64,000 nucleotides of DNA. Origin: a virus. The stretch is from the IMG/VR virus record IMGVR_UViG_3300029441_000005, positions 12,773-76,772 of that record, one strand, 5' to 3'. Below are positions 28,602-38,599 of the stretch, one piece after another; the stretch's first letter is position 1, and each line of letters starts with the position of its first letter. A program made the position numbers and the translations under genes. Under the pieces are notes generated by a model. That model saw nothing but the letters and a program-made list of their open reading frames with translations. It made no database searches and was not told the DNA's origin.

Positions 28602-30363
28602 TGATTATGAGTGTTATGTTATCCGAACTGATAGTGGGGATATTGTAGTTGTGAGGAATCAGGTCTATCAATCTGCCGTTGCTTCCCATCGGTTGGGTGG
28701 TTAATTGATATACTGTTCCGTTTTCGTAGTTTGCATTTTCAACCGGTAAGTTGATTGTAAGGCTGAACTTTGACTTGGTCAGAGTTACCTCGAGAGGTTT
28801 ACCATATTGACCAGAGTATAGAGCATTACCCGACAAGTCCTTGTTAGCATACACCTTGTAGAAGGCATTGCCGTTTTCTATTACGGTCTGTATGTAACAA
28901 TTCTCAAAATCAAATTCCGGAGTAGAGGCTGTAAATGATATCATCTTGAAGTAGGTGATATTCAGTGCGGGCACTAATACTATCTCTTCCGTATTCTGAG
29001 AGTTGATATTTATGGCTATCGGGTACGGCAGTAAGTACAGCTCGGTTATGGTAAGGAAATCAACCATGGGCTGATTATCCATGAGAGCATACAAGTCAGA
29101 CTGTCTTACCGGTTTATTGATATCAGAGTTCTGATAGTTATAAGCGTCCAACAATGCTTTCTTTACCTGGTTGCTTATATCTATGGATTTGAAAGACTTC
29201 CTACCAGTAATTTCAGCCGAAAGGTAAATCTTGGCTGCATGTGTAGAATACACACTTACTCGAGTGGTTAACACCTTAGAAAATTCCATCCTTTGCTTTA
29301 CATTGTTAATAAGCTCGGTGCTTGCTTCTGAACCACCATCTGGAGTGATATATACTTCTACATATTTTCCACAGATGTAGTTACAGTAAGCTTTATCTAC
29401 TCCATCTATTAACATGGCTATGGCCTCATAATCTTCTTTGGTGATGGCCACTCCCAGAGTCTTAATACTTAATGGTATATGCTCTTTGAGGGTATCAAAA
29501 TCCTCATAGTCAGAGCCCCCGGTAGCAGCTATAGTATTGGTTAGAGTAAGGCCAGAAGTTACATCGGTCATTACATCTGGAACTTTGTCGAATTGGTTTG
29601 CCGGTATATTACCGTTTGCACCATACGTAAGATAGTACTGCCCCTTGATGAGTGAACCTATGGTTGGTTTCCTACCAAACTGACCATCACCAAATACCAG
29701 GTACGGAGTGAGAGTAGTATCAAGTTCTACCTTGTACACCTTATCACCAGAACCTGAATAAGCAAAAGTATTCACCAAGGTCCAAGCTTCTCCACCAATA
29801 GTAAGTACCATAGAACCTTCTACATACTTCTTATCCATGGGCAAATCTCCCAAGGTTATGATAATGTCATGAGAAGTATAAGTACCCAGTTCTACTTCCT
29901 CCACAGCCTCCTTTTGAGCTACTGGTACTTTATAAGTATAAGTACCCCTTTTGATAGTTACATTACGAGTATTTATCCACTGTTTACCATCCTTTGAATT
30001 AAAAATGGTGTTCTGCGGTACTTGTATATCTACAGGGAAAGGACTTCCATCTTGCATGTAAACAGTTAAGTCTACTGAAGAGGGGATGGCTGATTTTATA
30101 TGATAATCCACCAGCTTAGCATGTTTGTACAGAGATGAATACCTTCGACAAGTTGGGAGGAAAGCTTCCCTTGCCATACCGTCGATGTAGTAATGTATTA
30201 CCTCGGCAATACCTGCAAATATTGAGAGTGTAAGGATGAAGATATTACCTTCACTCATATCCGTTATCTCTGGAACCCTTTCATTCAGAGATTGAATCAG
30301 TTTGGCTTTTATGTCATTATATGACCTCTGAAAAGGGGTGAGCCAAGGGTTGCTAGTAGACAT
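28588..30363 (-). CDS. baseplate J-like wedge protein (P2 gpJ / T4 gp6 class)
   Basis: 591 aa, follows the gp25-like gene as in the W-J-I order of P2/Mu. Confidence 0.55.
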   Translation of the reverse strand: MSTSNPWLTPFQRSYNDIKAKLIQSLNERVPEITDMSEGNIFILTLSIFAGIAEVIHYYIDGMAREAFLPTCRRYSSLYKHAKLVDYHIKSAIPSSVDLTVYMQDGSPFPVDIQVPQNTIFNSKDGKQWINTRNVTIKRGTYTYKVPVAQKEAVEEVELGTYTSHDIIITLGDLPMDKKYVEGSMVLTIGGEAWTLVNTFAYSGSGDKVYKVELDTTLTPYLVFGDGQFGRKPTIGSLIKGQYYLTYGANGNIPANQFDKVPDVMTDVTSGLTLTNTIAATGGSDYEDFDTLKEHIPLSIKTLGVAITKEDYEAIAMLIDGVDKAYCNYICGKYVEVYITPDGGSEASTELINNVKQRMEFSKVLTTRVSVYSTHAAKIYLSAEITGRKSFKSIDISNQVKKALLDAYNYQNSDINKPVRQSDLYALMDNQPMVDFLTITELYLLPYPIAININSQNTEEIVLVPALNITYFKMISFTASTPEFDFENCYIQTVIENGNAFYKVYANKDLSGNALYSGQYGKPLEVTLTKSKFSLTINLPVENANYENGTVYQLTTQPMGSNGRLIDLIPHNYNIPTISSDNITLIINEVV

Positions 30364-30829
30364 TTGTTGTAGAGTTATTTAAGTTATACTGAAAGTTTAA
30401 CTCTTCTACCCTTTGAGAGTTCTGTACCTTGAAATATATCAAGAGTCTTATAGATTCCTTGGTGGGTTTCAGAGCGAATACCTTTAATGCAGTTATCCGA
30501 GGTTCCCAAGCTGCTATGCCATCCTTCACGAAATTTTTAATCATGAGATTGAGAGCACTGGTGTTAGGTTCTTCCAAACATTCCCAAGTTCGAGAACCAA
30601 AGTCCTCTTGCCTGAACCTTTGGCCTATCTGATAGGTTAGGATAGCTGTGAGATTCTGCTTTATTAAAGCAACATCCCCTCGGAGTATATACCACCCTAT
30701 CTTTGGTACTACTCTTCCATCTGGCAGCTGTACTGATTCTGGTTTCCCATCACTCCCGAGGGCTTGTTCAAGCTTTATCGGGAAATAGGCACCACTACCA
30801 ATAGTGTTGAGTTGATTATAGTTTGCCAT
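30353..30829 (-). CDS. gp25/GPW-like baseplate wedge protein
   Basis: GSGAYFPIKL ... IKQNLTAILTYQIGQRFRQEDFGSRTWECLEEP ... AAWEPRI. Confidence 0.75.
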   Translation of the reverse strand: MANYNQLNTIGSGAYFPIKLEQALGSDGKPESVQLPDGRVVPKIGWYILRGDVALIKQNLTAILTYQIGQRFRQEDFGSRTWECLEEPNTSALNLMIKNFVKDGIAAWEPRITALKVFALKPTKESIRLLIYFKVQNSQRVEELNFQYNLNNSTTNVY

Positions 30830-31524
30830 TAGTTAGGTTGTTTAATTGTTTCACTTTCAATATCCTCCACCTTGGTCTCTTCCAATTTAGAACCAGCCCA
30901 AGATGCAGCAGCAGTCTTCAAAGCACCACCACCGTCCTGAGGTTTAGGTACCCAGTTAGTAAATGTCTGCTTTATTTTATTTAGGTCTTGCTCAATTTTA
31001 TTTAACCTCCCTACTACCGAATTGGATTCAGGAATACCAACTTCTCCCCCCTGCATTATAATGTTATTCGCATCGACGTTTATGTTACCGTCTAGAGACT
31101 TAACAATTATATCTTGTTGGATTATTGCAGTTAATACTCCCGATTCACTTTCATCCAGTATAATCCTATTGCCTTTGGGTGTAATAAACCCAAGTACATG
31201 GGGTTTGTCTAAGTCAGGAGGCATCTCTCCGATTGCCCAGCCATGATAAGACCAGAGGGGGTGTCTTGGGTCTCCATTTTCAAATTCTACATATACTATA
31301 GAACCTTCACGAGGAGATAACCATTTGAATCCAGAACCAGGACCTCCTTGTTGATGCTTAGGATAGGCCCATACTTCTACACCTCTTAGTATACTCGGGA
31401 GATGTACACATACCTTGTTTTGAGAGTCAGGGTCATTAGAAGTTATTACTATACCTCGATAGGTAGAATAGAATCTTCCAATGGCCTCTATACCTCTTTG
31501 TTGAATTATTTCGTATAAGGTCAT
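30829..31524 (-). CDS. baseplate central spike (gpV / gp5 OB-fold class)
   Basis: GIVITSNDPDSQNKVCVHLPSILRGVEVWAYP pattern and synteny. Confidence 0.55.
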   Translation of the reverse strand: MTLYEIIQQRGIEAIGRFYSTYRGIVITSNDPDSQNKVCVHLPSILRGVEVWAYPKHQQGGPGSGFKWLSPREGSIVYVEFENGDPRHPLWSYHGWAIGEMPPDLDKPHVLGFITPKGNRIILDESESGVLTAIIQQDIIVKSLDGNINVDANNIIMQGGEVGIPESNSVVGRLNKIEQDLNKIKQTFTNWVPKPQDGGGALKTAAASWAGSKLEETKVEDIESETIKQPN

Positions 31525-33164
31525 TATTCTCTTGGGCTTATGTTCCTACCTACTTGAAAGTCAATTCTTGAATCTACCTCTACTTTATAATCAGCAGGGT
31601 TGTCGGGGTTCTGACGTACCACAATTTGACGACCAGCTCTTTGAGGATTCTCCTTGTCCTCTTCTGTCCAAGTTGAAGCTCGGTATCTAGCCACCTCAGC
31701 CTTAATCTTACTTGGTATTTTCCAAGCACCCGTAGTATAAGACTCTTCAGCTATGTCATGAGCTTTTTGGAATACTTCCTGAGTATTGACAGAAGTAGAT
31801 ATTCGATTCAGTATAGAGTTACGTGACTTCTTCTCAAAAGTAACCTCAGTGAAATATCCCCCGGTATCAAAGCTATGTTCAACCTCTTTTGCATACCAGT
31901 CACCAGAGTACTTTTTACCGACATTCTTTATCTCAATGATTTGAGAAGACTTCATATCGGGGTTACCAACGAACTTGGCTTTTGCTTTAATTTGACTATT
32001 CACCGATTCGATGATGTCATTAGACATGAAGCTTCCCATGGTTGTGAATAAAGGGTCAGCTACTACTCGTACACCTGGTACTTGTATTTCTAATTCCATT
32101 TCGGCTAATACCTTAGAACGGTCTGAACCGGGATGGTCATAAGGATAATCTCCGTAAGGTCTCTCCTGAGAAGACCCCTGGATGACCAAGCTTACATCGG
32201 TTCTCTTCTTCAAAGCATTGTAACCTTGTCTCCATCGATTTTGCCACTGAGCTGTGCTACTGTTAGGAGCATAATCTATGGGATTCAGCTTTACCAACAC
32301 CTTTCTCCGAATGACAAAGTTAGATACCTCATCTGGTGGTGGTGGAAGACTTACATCAGTTTTACCTGAACGTATTGCATCTTCGAACCCCTTAAGTCCA
32401 TCTTGATACTTTTTCCACTCGGCTTCTATCTGAGAATTGTAAGCTTTAACTTCATCCTCAGTTAATGAGGGATTTGAAGCTATCTTCTGTTTAGCATCAG
32501 TTACAGAGTTATATACTGGAGGCTTTTTAGAAGAATTGTTTACCTGACGACATGTAGAGGTACTTGGTATTATAGCCCTTTCGAACTTTGCCATACGAGT
32601 AACATCTCTTGGCTCCATAAGTATCTCAGGCTTATTCCTTCTAACATAAGCATCCGGCTTACATGGGTCATCGTTGGTAGGTATACATTGAACTACCTCT
32701 GTTTCCACAGTTTTAGTATCAGGGTCTATACTTGAAGCTTTACCAGCTTCTATACTTTGTACGTATTTAGTTTGAACCCTGAACTCTAACAGTTCTCCAG
32801 TTCCACCAGCATAGGTATATGCAAATACCGTTTTACCTGACTGCTTTCCATTGTGTATCTCTATCTTGTTATCACGAGTGTCTACAAAGTTAGGACCTCC
32901 TGGCATAGCCTTAACTATACCCACTAACTGAGAGTATTTGTTTAAGAATGTAGCCGAACCTGCAATTACAGTACCTTCTGCAAATGTGGCCGGTATCATC
33001 TTTAACTTATATCTATCAGGGTCCTGAGCAGGTTTAGAAAGGTTCTCTGGAGTCAATTCAAGTATTTTTACTCCTACTAACCCATCATCTATCTCCTCAG
33101 AGTTTTGTATTTTTGTATAACAAGGTAAGCAAGGCTTACTTTTCTCTTTGCTCTGTTTTGCCAT
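31524..33164 (-). CDS. baseplate hub, gpD-like C-terminal part with a long insertion
   Basis: SGDWYAKEVEHSFDTGGYFTEVTFEK resembles the conserved gpD/VgrG-core strand. Start taken at ATG 33162-33164. Confidence 0.4.
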   Translation of the reverse strand: MAKQSKEKSKPCLPCYTKIQNSEEIDDGLVGVKILELTPENLSKPAQDPDRYKLKMIPATFAEGTVIAGSATFLNKYSQLVGIVKAMPGGPNFVDTRDNKIEIHNGKQSGKTVFAYTYAGGTGELLEFRVQTKYVQSIEAGKASSIDPDTKTVETEVVQCIPTNDDPCKPDAYVRRNKPEILMEPRDVTRMAKFERAIIPSTSTCRQVNNSSKKPPVYNSVTDAKQKIASNPSLTEDEVKAYNSQIEAEWKKYQDGLKGFEDAIRSGKTDVSLPPPPDEVSNFVIRRKVLVKLNPIDYAPNSSTAQWQNRWRQGYNALKKRTDVSLVIQGSSQERPYGDYPYDHPGSDRSKVLAEMELEIQVPGVRVVADPLFTTMGSFMSNDIIESVNSQIKAKAKFVGNPDMKSSQIIEIKNVGKKYSGDWYAKEVEHSFDTGGYFTEVTFEKKSRNSILNRISTSVNTQEVFQKAHDIAEESYTTGAWKIPSKIKAEVARYRASTWTEEDKENPQRAGRQIVVRQNPDNPADYKVEVDSRIDFQVGRNISPRE

Positions 33165-33690
33165 CACATGGTTGATTATCGGTTATTACCAGAGCTGTAC
33201 CAGCTTTCTGAGAGTAATCCGTTACAATTAAAGGCATCTTACCCAAGGCTAATTCCTTGAATACCTCCAAGTACTCGGTTTTATTACCCACAAATTTTGA
33301 AGGTTCGGCTTCCAAGAACATCTTTGCATCAGCAAATTCTATGGTAAACTTTACTCCCTCTGGTGTAAACTCTATCTGATGACTCTTTATGTTGACCAAT
33401 CTTACAGGACCGGATTTGAAAGAGCTGTCACTGAATATCCATCCCCACTGTATCTTCAAGGGCATCTTGAATTGTAAAGAGGGATGGTCCACTATTCCTA
33501 CAAAGTCAGTTACTATAGTAAACTTACCTTTGTCTCCTTTACCTTCTGTGTACTTGTAGTTGAAGTTCTCGACTTCCATACCGATGGGAATGCCATTGAA
33601 CTCGTCCATAATAGGAGAGCCAGCTCCATCGAATATGGCAAGGTATGGAGTACCATTACCGTTTACGAGAATGGGTTTACTATCCTCCAT
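33136..33690 (-). CDS. gpD-like N-terminal domain protein
   Basis: VENFNYKYTEGKGDKGKFTIV ... LKIQWGW ... VRLVNIKSHQIEFTPEGVKFTIEF. Overlaps the next ORF by 29 nt. Confidence 0.4.
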   Translation of the reverse strand: MEDSKPILVNGNGTPYLAIFDGAGSPIMDEFNGIPIGMEVENFNYKYTEGKGDKGKFTIVTDFVGIVDHPSLQFKMPLKIQWGWIFSDSSFKSGPVRLVNIKSHQIEFTPEGVKFTIEFADAKMFLEAEPSKFVGNKTEYLEVFKELALGKMPLIVTDYSQKAGTALVITDNQPCDGKTEQREK

Positions 33691-33952
33691 AATTCGGTAT
33701 GATTAACTCCATATCCTCATGAACATCTTCGAAAGGATTGAGAATATCATTGGCATCCGCAATTACTCCCCACATTCCAGAATCTCCATAGTATTTGAAG
33801 GCGATGTTTTGGATTGTTTCTCCTTCAAGTACCGAATGAATTATATGGTCTGAAGATATTGCAGATATATTCCTTTCCAAAGATACATCCCCGTCTGGGA
33901 ACTTTATTACATAACTGTCCTCATAGGGACTTGTTCCTGGGATAGTAACCAT
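33680..33952 (-). CDS. LysM-domain tail protein X
   Basis: HSVLEGETIQNIAFKYYGDSGMWGVIADANDI ... LIIP is a LysM motif. Sits at the gpX position. Confidence 0.7.
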   Translation of the reverse strand: MVTIPGTSPYEDSYVIKFPDGDVSLERNISAISSDHIIHSVLEGETIQNIAFKYYGDSGMWGVIADANDILNPFEDVHEDMELIIPNYGG

Positions 33953-33958
33953 AAGTAT

Positions 33959-34948
33959 TTAATTTTGTGTGCCTACTCTCTCCGTATCGGAGTTTTCTAG
34001 AGAATTTACTTCCCCACCATCATAGATTACTCCAGGCGTATACTGCAACTTACTAGCAGGGATTATTTCTTCCCAAGTCCGATTGTTTTTAGTTACCCTT
34101 TTGAAGGTGAGTGTTTGGGTTGCACAATTAGGTAGTAGCTTAAGGTCAAAAGGTTGACTTACAGTACTTGCAATCCTCTGACCAGTCTCTGGGTCATTAT
34201 CATACCTTTTCCTCATACGAGCTGCATTTTGAAAATGAGTTAATTCATATGGAGCTGAAGCTAGTATGAAAAGGTCGTCTTCAAATAATCCAGAATTACC
34301 CCACTGAATTCTTAGGGTAGGGGGTGATGCAGAATAACCGTCAGCTCTTGCCCAGGATTCGAGCAATCTACATTTATTCACCACATCGTCTCTGTGTTCA
34401 GCATCTACTGAATACCAAGAGATGTCGAATGTTATTGTATCTTCTCCTCCAGTGTAGAAATAAAAGGGGTTATTACGTCCCATGGATTTAACTGCAGCCC
34501 AAGTAGCATTAGGTTCTACTCGTAATCTGTCAGGCCTGTTTTGAATCACTAAACTTACAGCGGGTGATACATTCAGGTTAGCAATAACAATGTCGTTCTT
34601 TATCAGTTCAGAAGTCAACTTGTTTGCTACAGTATAATCTATGGACTTAGCCTTCAAAATCTGTTCAGGAGAAACCCCAGCTGTTTCAGCAGCTATACGA
34701 TTCTGAGTCCAAGGGTCCTGAGCCTGAGCTAAAGAGAACGAACCCTTTCGGGCTACATGCAGATTCTTTGCGTCATAGGCTTTACCCATCTTATTGGGTT
34801 CTGCCTTAGCCATTGGAGAAGTAGCCCTGTTTATGAGTATCAGGGCTCTCCATACTTTATTGAGAGGAGATTGGAATATCCTCCCTTGCTCAAGGTCAAC
34901 TACTTCTTGAGCTACTTTTCCTAAAGGTTTTCCTATGAGCGATGCCAT
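33959..34948 (-). CDS. tail/baseplate-module protein (position of Mu DNA-circulation protein)
   Basis: Synteny only (between tape measure and LysM/hub genes). Confidence 0.35.
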   Translation of the reverse strand: MASLIGKPLGKVAQEVVDLEQGRIFQSPLNKVWRALILINRATSPMAKAEPNKMGKAYDAKNLHVARKGSFSLAQAQDPWTQNRIAAETAGVSPEQILKAKSIDYTVANKLTSELIKNDIVIANLNVSPAVSLVIQNRPDRLRVEPNATWAAVKSMGRNNPFYFYTGGEDTITFDISWYSVDAEHRDDVVNKCRLLESWARADGYSASPPTLRIQWGNSGLFEDDLFILASAPYELTHFQNAARMRKRYDNDPETGQRIASTVSQPFDLKLLPNCATQTLTFKRVTKNNRTWEEIIPASKLQYTPGVIYDGGEVNSLENSDTERVGTQN

Positions 34949-34954
34949 GATTTA

Positions 34955-37045
34955 TTAGTTTACTCCAGCAGCTACATTTATCTCTGAATCTCTTTCACCA
35001 AGGTACTCTTCCAGGAACTTCTTACCATCCATATTGATAGTTAAGTGAGTACCTCTATTTTCCCGATTGTTGAGCTTATCAGTATAAACTCCGAGCATCT
35101 GTACTAACCACCGTATCTCTTGGATAGTTAACATTTGGAGATTATCCTTTTGTTTATAACCCTCTCGGCTGGCTTTGATAGCAGATGCCAGGTCATTTGT
35201 AGCCCTGGTATTTTCATCTTGAGCAGACTTGTTACCTTTAATAGCACTGTATATCATGGGCCCAAATATGGATATACCAGTAATAGCTAACCCAAGTGGA
35301 CCTCCGAATAACCCGAGTAATCTAGAACCAAATCCCAGTATGCCTCTACCCACAGAAGCCAAAGCTCCTCGGGATGCCGCACCTGCTGCTGCCCCTGCAG
35401 CGGTACCCATTAAACCCCGAGTCATCTGACCCGCATTAGTAGTAGTAACCATTGCAGCAGGTACTGGAGTCCATCCAGAAGCTCCTCTACCAGTTTGGGC
35501 ATAGTATCTACCATTGGCTCCCATTTTTGCTGGAATATTACCATTATAGAAATAACCGGGTAATCCAGCCATACCCGCAACGGTAGCCGCACTTGCTCCG
35601 ATACCAGCCTTCCTTTGAGCTATGATGGCTCTTTCCATGTTTAAGTAACCCTGAGCAGACATAGTGGCTTGAGACCAGCCGCCCATCATTAACCTTATCA
35701 TGGTTTTGAAGGATACTTGAGAGTCACCATTCAGTAATAACCAACGTGCTCTCAGTCCCATCCAAATAGAACCTATCTTTAAACCAACTGCAGCTATAGC
35801 AGCAAATCCCGCTATCCATGGACCAAATGGAGTTGCCATTAGGTCACGAAGCTGAGATATGGCCCAACCGAGCATATCCAGAAATCCCATTATAATAGGA
35901 TTCTTACCCAGGGCTTCACTGAAAGTAGTCATAAGGTTCTCGGCAGCAGATTGGATAATATCAATTTTACCTGCAAGGGTTTCCATTCGTTTCCCTACTA
36001 CCTCTTCAGCAAATCCCGCAGAATTGTTTTGTATCTTATTTAACAGGTCAAAGTAACTTTCAGTATCACGCATGATTGCAACTGCAGCACGCATACCACG
36101 TACACCGAAGATACTCTTGAATACGGCATTCTGGTCTACAGTTGATAAACCTTGAGTAGCTTCACCAATCTTCTCCAGAATTACTGCAAAATCCTGAAGG
36201 TCTCCGTTAGCATCTACAAAATCCTGTTTTCCCAGTCCTAACTTGGCTAAAGCCTTAGCTCCCTTGAAGTTAGGGTTGGTTAATGACTGAGTCAAGTAGT
36301 CTGCCATGTTTCTTATAGAAGTACCTGCCATAGAACCCTGAATACCTGCATTACCCAGAGTACCTATCATGGCAGCTACTTGTGGTAACTGCTGTCTCAG
36401 AGTTACCATGGATGCAGCTGAGTATTTTATAGATTCAGCTAAGTCTGCCATGGATACATTTGATGACATAGCCGCCTTAGTAAGCTGGTCTCCAACTACA
36501 TTAGCTGCATTTTGACCCTCTAATTTGAAGGTCCTCATAATATTGGTCAGTAAGTCAGCTGTGCCTCCTTTACCTCCCAACTCCATGCCCGTGGCATTAG
36601 CCATCATGGCTGCACCAGATATCATTTGCTGAATCTGGTTTGCATCATTACCTGCCATTGCCAAGTATTTCATACCTGAAGCTATATCCCTTGACATGAA
36701 CATGGTCCTTAAACCTAATGTTTGGGCAGTTTCGGATAACCCAGACATTTGATTTTCGGTAGCTCCAGATATAACTCCCACTGAAGTCATCATGTCTATG
36801 AAATCAGCTCCGGTTTCGATAGTAGTGGTTAATGTTGATACTATCGAACTGGCCACACCACTGGCTATATTAGCGTACGACTGAACTGCGGTTAAGTTAG
36901 CCTGTACAGCATTTTTAGCATCCCTATGTAAACCTCTGATAACTGAGCTAGCTTCCCTTGCTTGGTTTGAAAACCTATCTTGAAGGACAAGAGCCACACC
37001 TATCTCGAGTTGTCCTGCAGAAGGACTACCACTTGTAAAAGCCAT
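34955..37045 (-). CDS. tail tape measure protein
   Basis: 696 aa, Gly/Ala-rich hydrophobic segments, TP901-type core-like MSGLSETAQTLGLRTMFMSRDIASGMKYLAMAG. Follows the frameshifted chaperone. Confidence 0.8.
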   Translation of the reverse strand: MAFTSGSPSAGQLEIGVALVLQDRFSNQAREASSVIRGLHRDAKNAVQANLTAVQSYANIASGVASSIVSTLTTTIETGADFIDMMTSVGVISGATENQMSGLSETAQTLGLRTMFMSRDIASGMKYLAMAGNDANQIQQMISGAAMMANATGMELGGKGGTADLLTNIMRTFKLEGQNAANVVGDQLTKAAMSSNVSMADLAESIKYSAASMVTLRQQLPQVAAMIGTLGNAGIQGSMAGTSIRNMADYLTQSLTNPNFKGAKALAKLGLGKQDFVDANGDLQDFAVILEKIGEATQGLSTVDQNAVFKSIFGVRGMRAAVAIMRDTESYFDLLNKIQNNSAGFAEEVVGKRMETLAGKIDIIQSAAENLMTTFSEALGKNPIIMGFLDMLGWAISQLRDLMATPFGPWIAGFAAIAAVGLKIGSIWMGLRARWLLLNGDSQVSFKTMIRLMMGGWSQATMSAQGYLNMERAIIAQRKAGIGASAATVAGMAGLPGYFYNGNIPAKMGANGRYYAQTGRGASGWTPVPAAMVTTTNAGQMTRGLMGTAAGAAAGAASRGALASVGRGILGFGSRLLGLFGGPLGLAITGISIFGPMIYSAIKGNKSAQDENTRATNDLASAIKASREGYKQKDNLQMLTIQEIRWLVQMLGVYTDKLNNRENRGTHLTINMDGKKFLEEYLGERDSEINVAAGVN

Positions 37046-37072
37046 ATAGTTTCAGATTTATCGAACAAAAGA

Positions 37073-37101
37073 GAGCTGCCCTACTTTCCTTTGGGCAGCT
37101 C
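37073..37101 (-). terminator. 9-bp GC-rich hairpin plus T-run 25 nt before the tape-measure ATG (attenuator candidate)
   Basis: GAGCTGCCC-N11-GGGCAGCTC. On the minus strand it is followed by TCTTTTGTT. Confidence 0.4.
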
Positions 37102-37254
37102 TTTCTCAAGGGCATTGTAATATGCTTCGGCGGCTTCTATAAATTTCTTCCTTCGCCGCCAGGGGAGCTTTGCTAGAGTGTTAAAGTCAATACTAATATT
37201 AGCTTTAACAATGTATAGATATACATCTTCTAGTTCTCCCGTGGGTAGAAAAAA
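37081..37254 (-). other. -1 programmed ribosomal frameshift: slippery heptamer T_TTT_TTC (37248-37254) and a 55-codon -1 extension ending at TAG 37081-37083
   Basis: Hand translation: frame 0 ...AVDNFFYPREN*. The -1 frame reads ...DNFFLPTGELEDVYLYIVKANISIDFNTLAKLPWRRRKKFIEAAEAYYNALEKELPKGK*. Confidence 0.65.
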
Positions 37255-38018
37255 TTATCTACCGCCATCACTGGTACCATAATCTTCTGTCCCGTTTCGG
37301 GGTCTTCGATTTGAGTAGTACCGTGGAATAGGGGGTCAAACCCTTTGATAGCAGACCTTATGTCCATCATATCTTTTGGGCTGAACATCCGGAAGTTCTT
37401 CACGGGTTCATAGTTGTCACCAACCCTCAGTTTGAGATTACGAGCGACTAACTCCTGATTTTTGGTACGTTCACTTGCGGGGAGATTTAAGACGTAGGCT
37501 TCCCCGCGGGCATTGAGGAGGTCGAAGCACATCTCTTTCCCACTTTTAGTAGTGAACTGTATTTCCGAGGTTTGTTTAGGTACTGGGTAGAATGGGATAG
37601 CGTTAGGTTTTGCTTCCATCTCTTCCATAGTTGGAACTACACCGTAGTCGAAAAGGAACTCTTCCTGAAGGTTTATTTCATAATCTACTTCACGAACTTG
37701 ACCATCGGCTGGACCATCCCAAGCATACCTGAAGTCAAGTATTTCCCCAAGAGAAAACACCCTGGAATTTACCATGATTGCATACCTGTCGAGTGAGGGC
37801 ATTTTCTGCACATCTTCGGGGGTAAGCAATCGAGTTGCTGTTATATCAGTATCAGTTACAATGCCTGCAATGAACTTTGATATGTTCATGAAGGTTTTGG
37901 CATCTACCGGATTAGAAAGGATATCATCATCCTCTCCATTCTGTTCCCTTATAGTTACCTCGTAACCACTGGGGAGTTTGAAGGTAAGTTTCTTACCATA
38001 AAGTGTTTTGTCTTCCAT
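37230..38018 (-). CDS. tail assembly chaperone (gpG/gpE analogue, short form)
   Basis: Lies between tube and tape measure. Carries the canonical slippery site 5 codons before its stop. Confidence 0.55.
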   Translation of the reverse strand: MEDKTLYGKKLTFKLPSGYEVTIREQNGEDDDILSNPVDAKTFMNISKFIAGIVTDTDITATRLLTPEDVQKMPSLDRYAIMVNSRVFSLGEILDFRYAWDGPADGQVREVDYEINLQEEFLFDYGVVPTMEEMEAKPNAIPFYPVPKQTSEIQFTTKSGKEMCFDLLNARGEAYVLNLPASERTKNQELVARNLKLRVGDNYEPVKNFRMFSPKDMMDIRSAIKGFDPLFHGTTQIEDPETGQKIMVPVMAVDNFFYPREN

Positions 38019-38110
38019 GTTGTTGAGTTGTTAAGTGTATTCTTCTGAATATAGTCTTGGATACGAAAAAGGGAGAGTTCATTGCTGAGCTCTCCCTTGG
38101 TGATTCACTA

Positions 38111-38578
38111 TTACAGCTTCTCGCAGGTGTCTACTGAGAACTCCAAATCCTCCAGAGTGTTGTCCGAACTCATTCGGTCTAAGTCCTGTCCGTTTACCTT
38201 GCAAGGCCATACTCCGGTACAAGTCCAGGAATTAAGGATAGATACTCCATCCTCGGCCAGCTCATTGATAAGTACGGTTTCCTTGTACTGACTTGGGGTT
38301 AAACCTCCCCCGAGCAGCATATCCTGTACTGACATCAGCCAATCCCATAACCAGGTATCTGAACCAGAAGTTGTCTCCAGCTTAGATGCAGTTAAGTTAC
38401 CAACTGATACCCTGCCACCGGTCTTTACGTCGTAGTTTACATCCCCGTGTGCAACCTGTTCGATACTTATCTCAGGTACAGTTACCTTCTGAAAGAGGAA
38501 GGGGTTGATGGGGTGCTTGACAAATATTATTTGCCATAAGAACTTCTTCCTCGGGTTTTTTACTTTAGCTCCTGCCAT
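38111..38578 (-). CDS. tail tube protein (T4 gp19-like)
   Basis: 155 aa directly after the sheath gene. FLWQIIF ... VTVPEISIE ... WLWDW ... pattern. Confidence 0.6.
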   Translation of the reverse strand: MAGAKVKNPRKKFLWQIIFVKHPINPFLFQKVTVPEISIEQVAHGDVNYDVKTGGRVSVGNLTASKLETTSGSDTWLWDWLMSVQDMLLGGGLTPSQYKETVLINELAEDGVSILNSWTCTGVWPCKVNGQDLDRMSSDNTLEDLEFSVDTCEKL

Positions 38579-38599
38579 AGTATTTATCGTATTTATTTG

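Noticed and set aside
33136-33167. Possible programmed frameshift joining the two gpD-like ORFs
   Set aside because: Joining them needs a +1 shift, and the 29-32-nt overlap has no slippery heptamer in phase. The region reads ...GAT GGC AAA ACA GAG CAA AGA GAA AAG TAA. Ordinary overlapping genes or a genuine split gene is simpler. Only resequencing or proteomics could say more.
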